Part shown: in pieces, positions 53,507-64,000 of the stretch
Layout of the letters: every line of letters starts with the position of its first letter
Position numbering within the stretch: position 1 is the stretch's first letter
Sequence record: AP025670.1
Source: a plasmid
Strand: one strand, 5' to 3'
Length of the DNA: 64,000 bases
Made by a program: the position numbers and the translations under genes
Notes under the pieces: model-generated
The model's input: only the letters and a program-made list of their open reading frames with translations
Databases searched by the model: none
Told to the model about the DNA's origin: nothing

Positions 53507-54496
53507 TCAGTCTGACAGTGATGAGTCGCAGGCGTTCGGATCGGCATCGGTTTCGCTCCCGGTCTTGGCGCGCGCCTGGAAGCGCTGATAGCACTCCAGC
53601 CCGCAGAAGTGCTCGACGTATTCCGCGCCTTCCGGGGTGAAGGCGGCATCGAGCGGGATTTCCTTGCAGCACACGCAGCAACTGGTGGCAGTCGGATCAT
53701 TTGCATTCATGGTGGCACCCCTCCATTGACTGACGAAGACGGCGAATGCCGCCGCCGGCATCGGCTTGGCGAACAGGAAGCCTTGTCCTGTGTCGCAGTC
53801 CGCTTGTCGCAACAAATCAAGACTCGCCGATGTTTCCACGCCTTCGGCCACTACTTCCATGCCAAGCCCATGCGCAAGCTGAATCACGGTGCGCACGATG
53901 GTCTGGTCGCGGTGGTCGTTGGCGAGTCCGGCGACAAACGATTGGTCGATCTTGAGCGTGCTGATGGGGCAGCATTTCAGGTGTTGCAGGCAGGAATAGC
54001 CGGTGCCGAAGTCGTCGGCGGCGAAGCGCACACCGATCTGTCGCAAAGCTTCCAGGGCGGGGAAGATCGCCGGATCACCGAACGCAACCGATTCGGTCAG
54101 CTCAATTTCAAGATACGCGGCGGGCAACCCGGCATCGGCCAGCACGCCCTTTACCCACTTGTCGAAATCTGGCCCCACTTGGCTCGCCGAAACATTGACG
54201 GCCAGCCGGAACGGTTGCCATGCCAGCACCCGCCAGTCGCGCATTTGACGGCAGGCTGCGCCCAGCACCCATGCGCCGATTTCCGGCATCAGGCCGGACG
54301 ATTCGATCACGGGCAGGAACTGGCCCGGCGGCAACAGTCCGAGCGTCGGATGACGCCAGCGCAACAGGGCTTCCGCGCCGACAATCTGCTCACTGCGCAA
54401 ATCGACAATCGGCTGGTAGTGCAGCTCAAGCTGCCCGCGCTCGACCGCCTGCGCCAGTTGCGCCACTGTCCATTCAATTGGCTGGGAAGCGCTCAT
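53507..54496 (-). CDS. urf2: urf2-type EAL-domain protein of the Tn21 mer module
   Basis: EAL signature …GAEALLRW…; starts MSASQPIEW overlapping the merE stop. The longer listed ORF is out-of-frame read-through. Confidence 0.7.
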   Translation of the reverse strand: MSASQPIEWTVAQLAQAVERGQLELHYQPIVDLRSEQIVGAEALLRWRHPTLGLLPPGQFLPVIESSGLMPEIGAWVLGAACRQMRDWRVLAWQPFRLAVNVSASQVGPDFDKWVKGVLADAGLPAAYLEIELTESVAFGDPAIFPALEALRQIGVRFAADDFGTGYSCLQHLKCCPISTLKIDQSFVAGLANDHRDQTIVRTVIQLAHGLGMEVVAEGVETSASLDLLRQADCDTGQGFLFAKPMPAAAFAVFVSQWRGATMNANDPTATSCCVCCKEIPLDAAFTPEGAEYVEHFCGLECYQRFQARAKTGSETDADPNACDSSLSD

Positions 54497-54729
54497 GATC
54501 GACCTCTGAAGGCCCGCAGCAGCCGCGTCACAGACAGGACAAACAAGCCGGTCAGCGTGAGGGCTGCAATACCCCAGTGCTCGCCGATGAACGCGCCGGC
54601 CGTCGTGCCGGCCAGCACAATGGCGAGAATCGGCAAATGACAGGGACAGGTGAGCACCGCCAGCGCACCCCACAGGTAGCCGGTGAACGGCTTGTGTGTC
54701 TCGGCCGGCATGCGCTCGGGGCTGTTCAT
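54493..54729 (-). CDS. merE: MerE mercury transporter
   Basis: 78 aa, [39 protein letters not shown]…. Confidence 0.9.
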   Translation of the reverse strand: MNSPERMPAETHKPFTGYLWGALAVLTCPCHLPILAIVLAGTTAGAFIGEHWGIAALTLTGLFVLSVTRLLRAFRGRS

Positions 54730-55091
54730 GGCAAACTCTCCGCATGCTGTGCCGGCGCGGTCGGCATGGCGGCCAACTGCACTTCCAGATTGGCCAACGC
54801 TTCGCGCCGGCGTTCGACGAACTGACGCAGCACAGCAAGCTGCGCGGCAGTTTCATCGCAGTTCGCCGCATCCAGCGCCCGGCACAGCCGCGCCAATGCG
54901 CCGAGGCCGATGCCCGCCTCGAAGGCGGCCCGCACGAAGCACAGTCGCTGCAAGGCGGCGTCATCGAACAGGCCGTAGCCACCCGTGGTGCAGGCGACTG
55001 GCCGCAGCAATCCGCGCAGCAGGTAGTCGCGCACGATATGCACGCTCACCCCGGCATCAAGGGCCAGCCGGGACACCGTGTAGGCGTTCAT
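54726..55091 (-). CDS. merD: MerD co-regulator
   Basis: 121 aa from [29 protein letters not shown] (MerR-like HTH). Confidence 0.9.
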   Translation of the reverse strand: MNAYTVSRLALDAGVSVHIVRDYLLRGLLRPVACTTGGYGLFDDAALQRLCFVRAAFEAGIGLGALARLCRALDAANCDETAAQLAVLRQFVERRREALANLEVQLAAMPTAPAQHAESLP

Positions 55092-55202
55092 CGAACACCT
55101 CCTTTTGGTCGGTTCACGGCAATGCATATACCGTTTCGCCGAGTTCAATCCGCGCGCTGCGAATCCGATGCCGGTGCCGTAGAACATTGGGTCGATATCC
55201 GA

Positions 55203-55841
55203 TCACGGTGTCCTAGATGACATGGTCTGCAACAGATGTCGATTAAACTCCTGGCCCAAGCCGAAAGCCTCGTGGACACTGACGATCGCCAATCCTTCCA
55301 ATCCTTGATGCTTGGAGGCCCAGTCTTCCGCCGTCGGGACAGATGCAAAGAAATGTACATGGCAACAGAAGGACTGACGAACGTCGGCTGCTTCCTGCGG
55401 CAATACCAAGGACACCGCCATGCCGGCAGGTTCGACAGCCTGTATCTCGCTGGGTGAAACCGTGAGTGAAACGGGTGCTCCGGTTGCAGCGCAATGCGAT
55501 GAGACGCGAGCTGTACGGCCGATCAGCGCCGGAAATATCAAGGTGTCCAGCGCGCACCAGGCATACAGACGGCGGTCGTCAATTTCAAAGACATACGAAG
55601 TCTCGCGCAAGGTGAGGCCGTAGCCGATGATGTTCCCATCTTTGTCATATTCGGTACTGGTGGCCTGTTCGAGTACGGCGGCCACTCGCTCAGCGGGCCA
55701 GTCGAGAATCCCGGCAAGTGTCGTTCGTGAAACCGGACGCCCCTTGGCGAGTTCCCGCAGTAGCGGGACCAAGAGATCCGCAGTACCATTGGTACGATTG
55801 ACCGAAGTGAGACGTTCTAAAATATATGGGGCGAGCTTCAT
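55203..55841 (-). CDS. merB: MerB organomercurial lyase (broad-spectrum mer)
   Basis: 212 aa from [11 protein letters not shown]…, lying between merA and merD. Confidence 0.85.
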
Positions 55842-55855
55842 GGTTCCATCTCCTT

Positions 55856-57604
<1,749 letters not shown>

Positions 57605-57612
57605 TCAGTGCC

Positions 57613-57888
57613 TCACTTCTTGACGCTGGACGGATAGCCCGCGTCTTCGGTGGCCTTGGTCAGCTTCTGCACGCTGGTCTTGGCATCATCGAAGGTGACA
57701 ACCGCTTCGCGTGTCTCGAAGGTCACGTTAACTTTGCTGACGCCTTCGACCTTGGAAATCGCCTTCTTAACGGTGATCGGACAAGCGGAGCAGGTCATGC
57801 CCGGTACGGACAGCGTGACGGTCTGGGTGGCGGCCCACACGGGGGCAACAACGGCAGCGATGGCGAGAGAGGCAAACAGTTTTTTCAT
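57613..57888 (-). CDS. merP: MerP periplasmic mercury-binding protein
   Basis: 91 aa with GMTCSAC. Confidence 0.95.
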   Translation of the reverse strand: MKKLFASLAIAAVVAPVWAATQTVTLSVPGMTCSACPITVKKAISKVEGVSKVNVTFETREAVVTFDDAKTSVQKLTKATEDAGYPSSVKK

Positions 57889-57903
57889 GATGAACTCCTG
57901 TGA

Positions 57904-58254
57904 TTAATAGAAAAATGGCATGACGTAGGGAAATCCGAGCGCGACCAGAACCAGCGCGGCCACGACCCAGAAAATGAGCTTGTAAGTAGCGCGCACTTGG
58001 GGAATCGCACACACATCCCCTGGTTTGCAGGCTTGCGCCGGTCGGTAGATGCGCCGCCAGGCGAAAAACAGCGCCACCAACGCCGCGCCGATGAAGATCG
58101 GGCGATAAGGTTCCAACACCGTCAAGTTGCCGATCCAAGCGCCGCTGAACCCCAGGGCGATCAGAACCAGCGGCCCCAGGCAGCAAGCCGAGGCGAGGAT
58201 GGCGGCTAGCCCGCCAGTGAAGAGCGCCCCGCGCCCGTTTTGAGGTTCAGACAT
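57904..58254 (-). CDS. merT: MerT mercury transport protein
   Basis: 116 aa; the CC pair in TM1. No merC lies between merP and merA. Confidence 0.95.
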   Translation of the reverse strand: MSEPQNGRGALFTGGLAAILASACCLGPLVLIALGFSGAWIGNLTVLEPYRPIFIGAALVALFFAWRRIYRPAQACKPGDVCAIPQVRATYKLIFWVVAALVLVALGFPYVMPFFY

Positions 58255-58297
58255 ACGCTTGTCCTTTCAAATCTGGATTGGATAGCTTAAGCTTACT

Positions 58298-58315
58298 TCC
58301 GTACCAATGTACGGA
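58298..58315. promoter_or_regulatory. mer operator dyad TCCGTAC-caat-GTACGGA in the divergent merR/merT promoter region
   Basis: Canonical MerR-binding palindrome between merT (-) and merR (+). Confidence 0.8.
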
Positions 58316-58325
58316 GTCAAGCGAT

Positions 58326-58760
58326 ATGGAAAAAAATTTGGAGAATCTGACTATTGGCGTTTTCGCCAAGGCGGCCGGGGTCAACGTGGAAACAATCCGG
58401 TTCTATCAGCGCAAGGGCTTGTTGCCGGAGCCGGACAAGCCCTATGGCAGCATCCGCCGCTATGGCGAGGCGGATGTGACGCGGGTGCGCTTCGTGAAAT
58501 CAGCCCAGCGGCTCGGATTCAGCCTCGACGAGATCGCAGAGCTGCTGAGGCTGGATGACGGCACCCACTGCGAGGAAGCCAGCAGCCTGGCCGAGCACAA
58601 GCTTCAGGACGTGCGCGAAAAAATGACCGACCTGGCGCGCATGGAAACCGTGCTATCCGAACTTGTGTTCGCCTGCCATGCGCGGCAAGGGAACGTTTCT
58701 TGCCCGCTGATTGCTTCGCTGCAAGGGGAGAAAGAGCCGCGTGGTGCCGACGCGGTGTAG
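58326..58760 (+). CDS. merR: MerR regulator
   Basis: 144 aa from [33 protein letters not shown]; C-terminal Cys residues. Confidence 0.9.
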   Translation: MEKNLENLTIGVFAKAAGVNVETIRFYQRKGLLPEPDKPYGSIRRYGEADVTRVRFVKSAQRLGFSLDEIAELLRLDDGTHCEEASSLAEHKLQDVREKMTDLARMETVLSELVFACHARQGNVSCPLIASLQGEKEPRGADAV

Positions 58761-58783
58761 CCGAGGGTAGTTACGCCTTAGCG

Positions 58784-60120
58784 TGCTTTATTTAATGAGA
58801 TGGTCACTCCCTCCTTCCCAGTACTATGCTGAGGACAGGCTTTCATTCGGAGAACCATCATGGAAAACATTGCGCTTATTGGTATCGATCTGGGTAAGAA
58901 CTCTTTCCATATTCATTGTCAGGATCATCGTGGGAAGGCCGTTTACCGTAAAAAATTCACCCGACCAAAGCTAATCGAATTTCTGGCGACATGCCCGGCA
59001 ACAACCATCGCGATGGAAGCCTGTGGCGGTTCTCACTTTATGGCACGCAAGCTGGCAGAGTTAGGGCATTTTCCAAAGCTGATATCACCGCAATTTGTCC
59101 GCCCATTCGTTAAAAGCAACAAAAATGACTTCGTTGATGCTGAAGCTATCTGTGAAGCAGCATCACGTCCATCTATGCGTTTCGTGCAGCCCAGAACCGA
59201 ATCTCAGCAGGCAATGCGAGCTCTGCATCGTGTCCGTGAATCCCTGGTTCAGGATAAGGTGAAAACAACTAATCAGATGCATGCTTTTCTGCTGGAATTT
59301 GGTATCAGCGTTCCGCGAGGTGCTGCCGTTATTAGTCGACTGAGTACCCTTCTTGAGGACAGTAGTTTGCCTCTTTATCTCAGCCAGTTACTGCTGAAAT
59401 TACAACAGCATTATCACTATCTTGTTGAGCAGATTAAAGATCTGGAATCTCAGTTGAAACGAAAGTTGGACGAAGATGAGGTTGGACAGCGCTTGCTGAG
59501 TATTCCCTGCGTTGGAACGCTGACTGCCAGTACTATTTCAACTGAGATTGGCGACGGGAAGCAGTACGCCAGCAGCCGTGACTTTGCGGCGGCAACAGGG
59601 CTGGTACCCCGACAGTACAGCACGGGAGGTCGGACGACATTGTTAGGGATTAGCAAGCGGGGCAACAAAAAGATCCGAACTTTGTTGGTTCAGTGTGCCA
59701 GGGTATTCATACAAAAACTGGAACACCAGTCTGGCAAGTTGGCCGACTGGGTCAGGGAGTTGTTGTGTCGGAAAAGCAACTTTGTCGTCACCTGTGCTCT
59801 GGCAAACAAGCTGGCCAGAATAGCCTGGGCACTGACGGCGCGACAGCAAACTTACGAAGCATAAAGGCAGAAATACACCAGTTTAAACAATCATTCATCT
59901 GGTTTTGCGAATACTGATATTGATGATACTAACGGCCCACCGGCCTGTTGAGGAACCTGTAAAACGGAAAGGCTCATTGAAGCCGTATATTTTCTGGAGG
60001 TTCATCAGGCGCGGAACTCATCGAGGCGCGGGAATAAAATCCCATTCAGACGCCGGATAGATTCAAGCAAGCCAACTTGTCGTCAAAATCGGTGTTGCAA
60101 AAACGGGAGTGACCATAGAT
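58784..60120 (+). mobile_element. IS4321: IS4321/IS5075-like IS110-family element inserted at the Tn21-family terminal repeat (its characteristic target)
   Basis: About 1.34 kb insert with a 334-aa DEDD transposase and no inverted repeats, at the canonical position inside the 38-bp repeat. Confidence 0.75.
58860..59864 (+). CDS. IS110-family transposase (334 aa)
   Basis: MENIALIGIDLGKNSFHIH… RuvC-like DEDD N-terminus. Confidence 0.85.
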   Translation: MENIALIGIDLGKNSFHIHCQDHRGKAVYRKKFTRPKLIEFLATCPATTIAMEACGGSHFMARKLAELGHFPKLISPQFVRPFVKSNKNDFVDAEAICEAASRPSMRFVQPRTESQQAMRALHRVRESLVQDKVKTTNQMHAFLLEFGISVPRGAAVISRLSTLLEDSSLPLYLSQLLLKLQQHYHYLVEQIKDLESQLKRKLDEDEVGQRLLSIPCVGTLTASTISTEIGDGKQYASSRDFAAATGLVPRQYSTGGRTTLLGISKRGNKKIRTLLVQCARVFIQKLEHQSGKLADWVRELLCRKSNFVVTCALANKLARIAWALTARQQTYEA

Positions 60121-60250
60121 TCCGTTTTCTGAGACGACCCCGAAATAGTCCCAACACCACAAACTTAGACCATCATGCAAAGTGGGGTATAAAGGGTGCC
60201 AGCCCCACCCCCGCAGTCCCCCTCGGCCACATTTCTGGCTTGCCCCGCGC

Positions 60251-60302
60251 TTTTCTTCTTTCTCTCTTTTTCTCTCTTTTTCTCTCTTTTTCTCTCTCTT
60301 TC
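60251..60302. repeat. 10-bp tandem repeat (TCTCTCTTTT)x3 perfect, plus degenerate flanking copies
   Basis: Seen at 60261-60290, with partial copies on either side. Confidence 0.8.
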
Positions 60303-60455
60303 TCAATCTAATCTCACACGCGAAGGTCAAACAGGACACCCGCCGACGCGAAGCGGAGGCGTATTCTTGCCCCTCCCCCTCGTTGCATGATGGTCTAAAG
60401 CTGTCTACTATGTAACCAATGATCTGTTAGAACAAACCCACACATAGGCGGCAAC

Positions 60456-61331
60456 ATGGCTAAAAACTTCATATCAGAACAATTCTCGGCCATGTGCCGC
60501 GACTTAACGAACCTGTCCTCCCTTATCAAACGACTACCGCCACGGTACGCAAAAGTTGCGGCCATCCCTCCTACCAGAAAAGGAATGGAGAACGAGCCCG
60601 TCAACAAGATTGTCGTAACTGAACAAACTGGCCGCGAAGCTCTTGAACTGGCAGCGCACAGCTACAGAGATCTTCACATCAACCCAGACTATTCGCAGAA
60701 GTCTGCCAGGCGCACCGTGGGGGTACTCTGGTTCTCCCCTTCCAGGATTGGTGTAGCTGACGAAATTGCGGCGACGGTTGAACGCATCAACGCGGCCAAA
60801 GCTGGTATCGAGGAGTTCATTATCTCGACGTACCCCACCAGGCAAGAAAGGTTTGAAGCACTTCGAGCGGACTGTCCTGGCGTCATGACTCTCCACCTTT
60901 ACAGACAAATTCGGTGCTATACCAATGGCGACATCGACTCTATCCGCTTCACCTGGCAACGGAAGGACTCCTTGAAGAAGCCCGTAAAAGAGGAGCTTTT
61001 GCAACGCATCAGAGAGGAGCTGGAGCGTTCTGGGCCAGACTATCAACTTCCCCTGGAGCAGCTTATCCAGAAGATCGCCAGCACCCCGGAGCCTTATCTC
61101 CGGGAACGAAGGGAAGTAAAGGTTCAGCCAGTGGCAAACGTCATGGCCGCAGGGGTACTCAAAACCGTTACCGCGCCAATGCCTCTGATCGTGCTCCAGG
61201 ATAAGGAGGTTCAGCTCAAATTGCTTCGTAGCTTTGACGCCTCAGAACAACGCAAAACCCGATCTGATAAAGCGGCATCGGAAATCCTTGGCACCTTCGG
61301 TGGAGTCACCATCGAATCCTTCCCTGGATGA
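60456..61331 (+). CDS. tus: Tus-family replication-terminus binding protein homologue (291 aa)
   Basis: Blocks …NKIVVTEQTGREALELAAHSYRDL…RRTVGVLWF…, …CPGVMTLHLYRQI…IRFTWQRK… and …VKVQPVANV… parallel E. coli Tus. Confidence 0.75.
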   Translation: MAKNFISEQFSAMCRDLTNLSSLIKRLPPRYAKVAAIPPTRKGMENEPVNKIVVTEQTGREALELAAHSYRDLHINPDYSQKSARRTVGVLWFSPSRIGVADEIAATVERINAAKAGIEEFIISTYPTRQERFEALRADCPGVMTLHLYRQIRCYTNGDIDSIRFTWQRKDSLKKPVKEELLQRIREELERSGPDYQLPLEQLIQKIASTPEPYLRERREVKVQPVANVMAAGVLKTVTAPMPLIVLQDKEVQLKLLRSFDASEQRKTRSDKAASEILGTFGGVTIESFPG

Positions 61332-61483
61332 ACCAGCGTGACCACGTAACAAGGCTCTTCCGCAGGCGGAAGGGCTTTGTACCACCCAAACAATTCCAAT
61401 CGACAGCAGTATGATATATAATTATGATAATTACCGTATTACCGTAATTATCATAAACATTACAAATTGAAAGGAACGTTCTC

Positions 61484-62524
61484 ATGGCAAGAAAATTGGT
61501 TGAGTTTGACGATGTAGCGGCTGCGGCCCAGAAGCTCAAGGACGCCGGTAAACGCCCAACGGTCATCGCTATCAGAGACATCATTGGCAAGGGGAGCTTT
61601 ACCACCATTTCAACGTATCTCAAACAGTGGTCAGAGGAACACTCCCTCGATGAGGAGCCGGTAGAGGTAGTCCTTCCAGAATCGGTTATGAGTGATGCTG
61701 AGCTCTTCCTACAGAAGATCTATACGGTAGCCAAAGCAAGCGCCGATGAGCAGCTTGAGCGCGAGCGTGAACTGCTACGACAGAAAGAGCTTGAGTACCA
61801 GGAAGATATGCAGCAAGCCGTGGACATGGCAAATGATGCCACCGAACGGGCTGAACTACTGGAAGAACAACTTGAAGCTCTCACCAACAAAAAAACAGAG
61901 CTCGATGCGGCCCTTGGTAAGGCAGAAAACTCGCTATCCCTCAAGTCTGCGGAGCTAGAACGCTCACTGGCTGACATTGATAAGTTGGAAAAGCGGATCG
62001 TTGAGTTGGAAGGCAAGCTGGAGGCGAAAGCCGCAGATCTGACCCGAGCACAGGATCACCTGGAGCAAGCTGAAAGCGAAAATCGCTCTTTGAGCCAAAA
62101 ATTGGCAACTACAGAGGGTGAGTTGGAGGTGCAAAAAGGCAAGAGTATAGAGCAGACAGAAAAGCTCCGAGCCGCTCAGGAACAAAATACATCGTTGAAA
62201 GAGCAGCTCGAAAATGTACAGGCCAAACTGGCCCAATCACAGGACTCCCTTGCCACAGCCAAAGCTCATGGCGAATCCGCTGAACGAGAGTGCCAGCGCC
62301 TATCTGGAGAGGTAGAAAAGCTGGACGCCAAATTATCCAGCGCCGAAGCAGAAGCTCGCGCTCTTGTTCAAGACAAAGGCATGATGGCTGGTCAGTTGCA
62401 GGAAAAAGACCAGCAGGCCAAGAGCCTCGAACAAAGACTCAATGATGCACTGACCAAAATTTCTGGGTTGGAGCAAGAGCTAGTTAAAGCTGGTAAGGGA
62501 GGGAAAAAGAAAGAGGAAAACTGA
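61484..62524 (+). CDS. kfrA: KfrA-like long coiled-coil DNA-binding protein
   Basis: N-terminal …FDDVAAAAQKLKDAGKRPTVIAIRDIIGKGSFTTISTYLKQW… followed by about 250 aa of heptad-rich coiled coil. Confidence 0.7.
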   Translation: MARKLVEFDDVAAAAQKLKDAGKRPTVIAIRDIIGKGSFTTISTYLKQWSEEHSLDEEPVEVVLPESVMSDAELFLQKIYTVAKASADEQLERERELLRQKELEYQEDMQQAVDMANDATERAELLEEQLEALTNKKTELDAALGKAENSLSLKSAELERSLADIDKLEKRIVELEGKLEAKAADLTRAQDHLEQAESENRSLSQKLATTEGELEVQKGKSIEQTEKLRAAQEQNTSLKEQLENVQAKLAQSQDSLATAKAHGESAERECQRLSGEVEKLDAKLSSAEAEARALVQDKGMMAGQLQEKDQQAKSLEQRLNDALTKISGLEQELVKAGKGGKKKEEN

Positions 62525-62802
62525 TGGCGCGAAAGGCTAAATATTCAGAAGAGTGGCGACACAGAGCTGCGGCTCTTCAAACCAAGATTGAGGAGGCTAT
62601 GACACTAGCCGCCTCATCTATTGGCGACTATCGCTGGTTACACCGTCTCCATAGTTGGGTTACGGAGGTGGCTCAAGGTAAAGCCCCAGACTGGTGGACA
62701 GATCTGGATTGTGAAGTATCCCTCCCCCGAGAAGAAAAGCGGATCAGCACGTTCCTCTCGACACAAAAGAAGCGCATCACTCTCCAGATGTGTTTGTCGT
62801 AG
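62524..62802 (+). CDS. hypothetical protein (92 aa) translationally coupled to kfrA
   Basis: ATG overlaps the kfrA stop (TGATGG). Confidence 0.4.
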   Translation: MARKAKYSEEWRHRAAALQTKIEEAMTLAASSIGDYRWLHRLHSWVTEVAQGKAPDWWTDLDCEVSLPREEKRISTFLSTQKKRITLQMCLS

Positions 62803-62810
62803 GGGGCCTC

Positions 62811-64000
62811 ATGAAACAACTTCCTCCTGACACACCAGAACAATCACTGATCACTCAGTACAAAGGGCCTCGCCTTGTCGTTAAGGCCTACGCTGGAACG
62901 GGTAAAACCACGACACTGGTGAAGTACGCCCACAACAACCTCGATTCACGTATCCTCTACTTGGCATACAACCGGGCTATCCGCGATGAGGCAAGAGAAA
63001 AGTTTCCTGCAAACGTAGACTGCAAAACGTCCCACCAGCTTGCCTACGCCACTATAGGACGGGGCTACCAGCACAAGCTCTCCGGCAACCTAAGGCTCAC
63101 CGATATTGCCCAAGCGGTGAATACCAAGAACTGGACGTTTGCCAAAGATATTCTCGATACGCTCAACGCCTTTATGTGCAGTGCAGACATGCGGATTCTT
63201 TATACGCATTTTGCTCGCGCCGATACGGGTAAAGTGCTTACGTCCAAACAGGAGAGATACCAAATCCAGGTAGTCGAAGGTGCTGAGCTCATATGGAAAC
63301 GGATGACAAACGTTCAAGATCCGTTCCCGACCGTACACGACTGCTACCTCAAACAGTATCAGCTCGGGATGCCGAATCTGTCTCGCCGGTACACCACCAT
63401 TCTTTTTGATGAGGCACAAGACGCTAACCCCGTAACAAGTAGCATCGTCCTACAGCAGAACTGCAAGGTAATCCTGGTTGGAGATCGCCACCAGCAGATC
63501 TATAGGTTCAGAGGCGCAAACAACGCCCTTGATAGCAAAGAGCTCATGAACGCCGACCAACTCTATCTCACTCATAGCTTCCGCTTTGGCCCTAACGTTT
63601 CCCTGGTGGCAAACGCCCTTCTTGAACTCAAAGGTGAAACACGACCTGTTGTTGGCCGGGGACCAGCAGATCAGGTAGTCATGTTTTTACCAGGTGATGT
63701 GGGCCATCGCGCAATACTTCACCGAACCGTCATGGGGGTTATAGAGACGGCGCTCTCTGCGACCGAATCCGGAGCGAAGGTTTTCTGGGTCGGTGGAATC
63801 GACGCTTACCAGATCAATGAGCTCCAGGATTTGTACTGGTTTTCGATGGCAGAGCCAGACCGGGTAAAGAATAAGAAACTGCTTGATGAGTATGAAGACT
63901 ACTTCGAGTATCAAGAAGTAGCGAAGGCGACCAAAGACCCTGAGATGATGAGGGCTGTCAAGATCATCAACAGCTACGATGAAATCCCTGAACGACTCAC
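62811..64000 (+). CDS. UvrD-like SF1 helicase, 5' part (runs off the window end). It is a paralogue of the 26566..28101 helicase
   Basis: …VVKAYAGTGKTTTLV…RILYLAYNRAIRDEAREKFP… and …VGDRHQQIYRFRGA…; no stop before 64000. Confidence 0.7.
   Translation, partial: MKQLPPDTPEQSLITQYKGPRLVVKAYAGTGKTTTLVKYAHNNLDSRILYLAYNRAIRDEAREKFPANVDCKTSHQLAYATIGRGYQHKLSGNLRLTDIAQAVNTKNWTFAKDILDTLNAFMCSADMRILYTHFARADTGKVLTSKQERYQIQVVEGAELIWKRMTNVQDPFPTVHDCYLKQYQLGMPNLSRRYTTILFDEAQDANPVTSSIVLQQNCKVILVGDRHQQIYRFRGANNALDSKELMNADQLYLTHSFRFGPNVSLVANALLELKGETRPVVGRGPADQVVMFLPGDVGHRAILHRTVMGVIETALSATESGAKVFWVGGIDAYQINELQDLYWFSMAEPDRVKNKKLLDEYEDYFEYQEVAKATKDPEMMRAVKIINSYDEIPERL

Larger units (their letters stand above)
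58767..60141. repeat. 38-bp IRmer of a Tn21-family transposon, split into CTTAGCGTGCTTTATTT (58767-58783) and TCCGTTTTCTGAGACGACCCC (60121-60141) by an IS110-family insertion
   Basis: Both halves seen; together they reconstitute the Tn21-family terminal repeat. Confidence 0.8.

Noticed and set aside
54497-54982. N-terminal 160 codons of the listed 491-aa urf2 ORF
   Set aside because: This is read-through in a non-coding frame across merE and merD. The real urf2 starts at MSASQPIEW (54496)

Overview
This 64-kb window reads as a multiresistance plasmid or island mosaic with three compositional blocks.

(1) Positions 1-4225 hold a mixed-GC flank of small hypothetical and membrane genes. It ends in a P-loop ATPase gene cut by IS26.

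(2) A 35.6-kb AT-rich segment (5046-40661) sits between two inverted IS26 copies (4226-5045 and 40662-41481). It carries:
- an MFS transporter, a SulP anion transporter and a tandem-Usp gene;
- a 5'-truncated umuC/rumB fragment;
- a ParB-like nuclease and a short SSB-like gene;
- a ParF/ParG-type partition cassette with TGTGTTAATGTGT iterons;
- mazEF;
- a Hok/Gef-type toxin gene missing from the ORF track;
- a tyrosine recombinase followed by a DUF4365-like PD-(D/E)xK operon;
- an operon of LepB-like peptidase, lipoprotein, SGNH hydrolase, membrane Mrr-cat nuclease and an acidic membrane protein;
- a UvrD-like helicase;
- relics of a MOBH/MPF-F-type transfer module (TraV-like lipoprotein, DsbA/C-like protein, pilin-like protein, MOBH relaxase, TraD/VirD4-like coupling protein);
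- a 375-bp ISEcp1 3' fragment driving blaCTX-M-2;
- a RecT/Bet-like gene.

(3) A GC-rich resistance region (41482-60141) runs IS26-ISCR1(5' truncated)-blaMOX/CMY-1-group AmpC-yqgF-yqgE(Aeromonas-derived)-qacEdelta1-sul1-orf5-IS1326-tniBdelta-tniA-IRt-urf2-merEDBAPT/merR. Its IRmer is split by an IS4321/IS5075-like IS110-family element.

The region is followed by backbone genes for a Tus homologue, KfrA and a second UvrD-like helicase (partial). No rRNA, tRNA or CRISPR was seen.

The best candidates for undescribed systems are two operons in the AT-rich block. One is the integrase-linked DUF4365-like nuclease/triple-repeat HTH/TM operon (19031-21313). The other is the LepB-SGNH-membrane-Mrr five-gene operon (21394-25041). 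An unannotated hok-like toxin and a UvrD-helicase/TM pair are secondary candidates.
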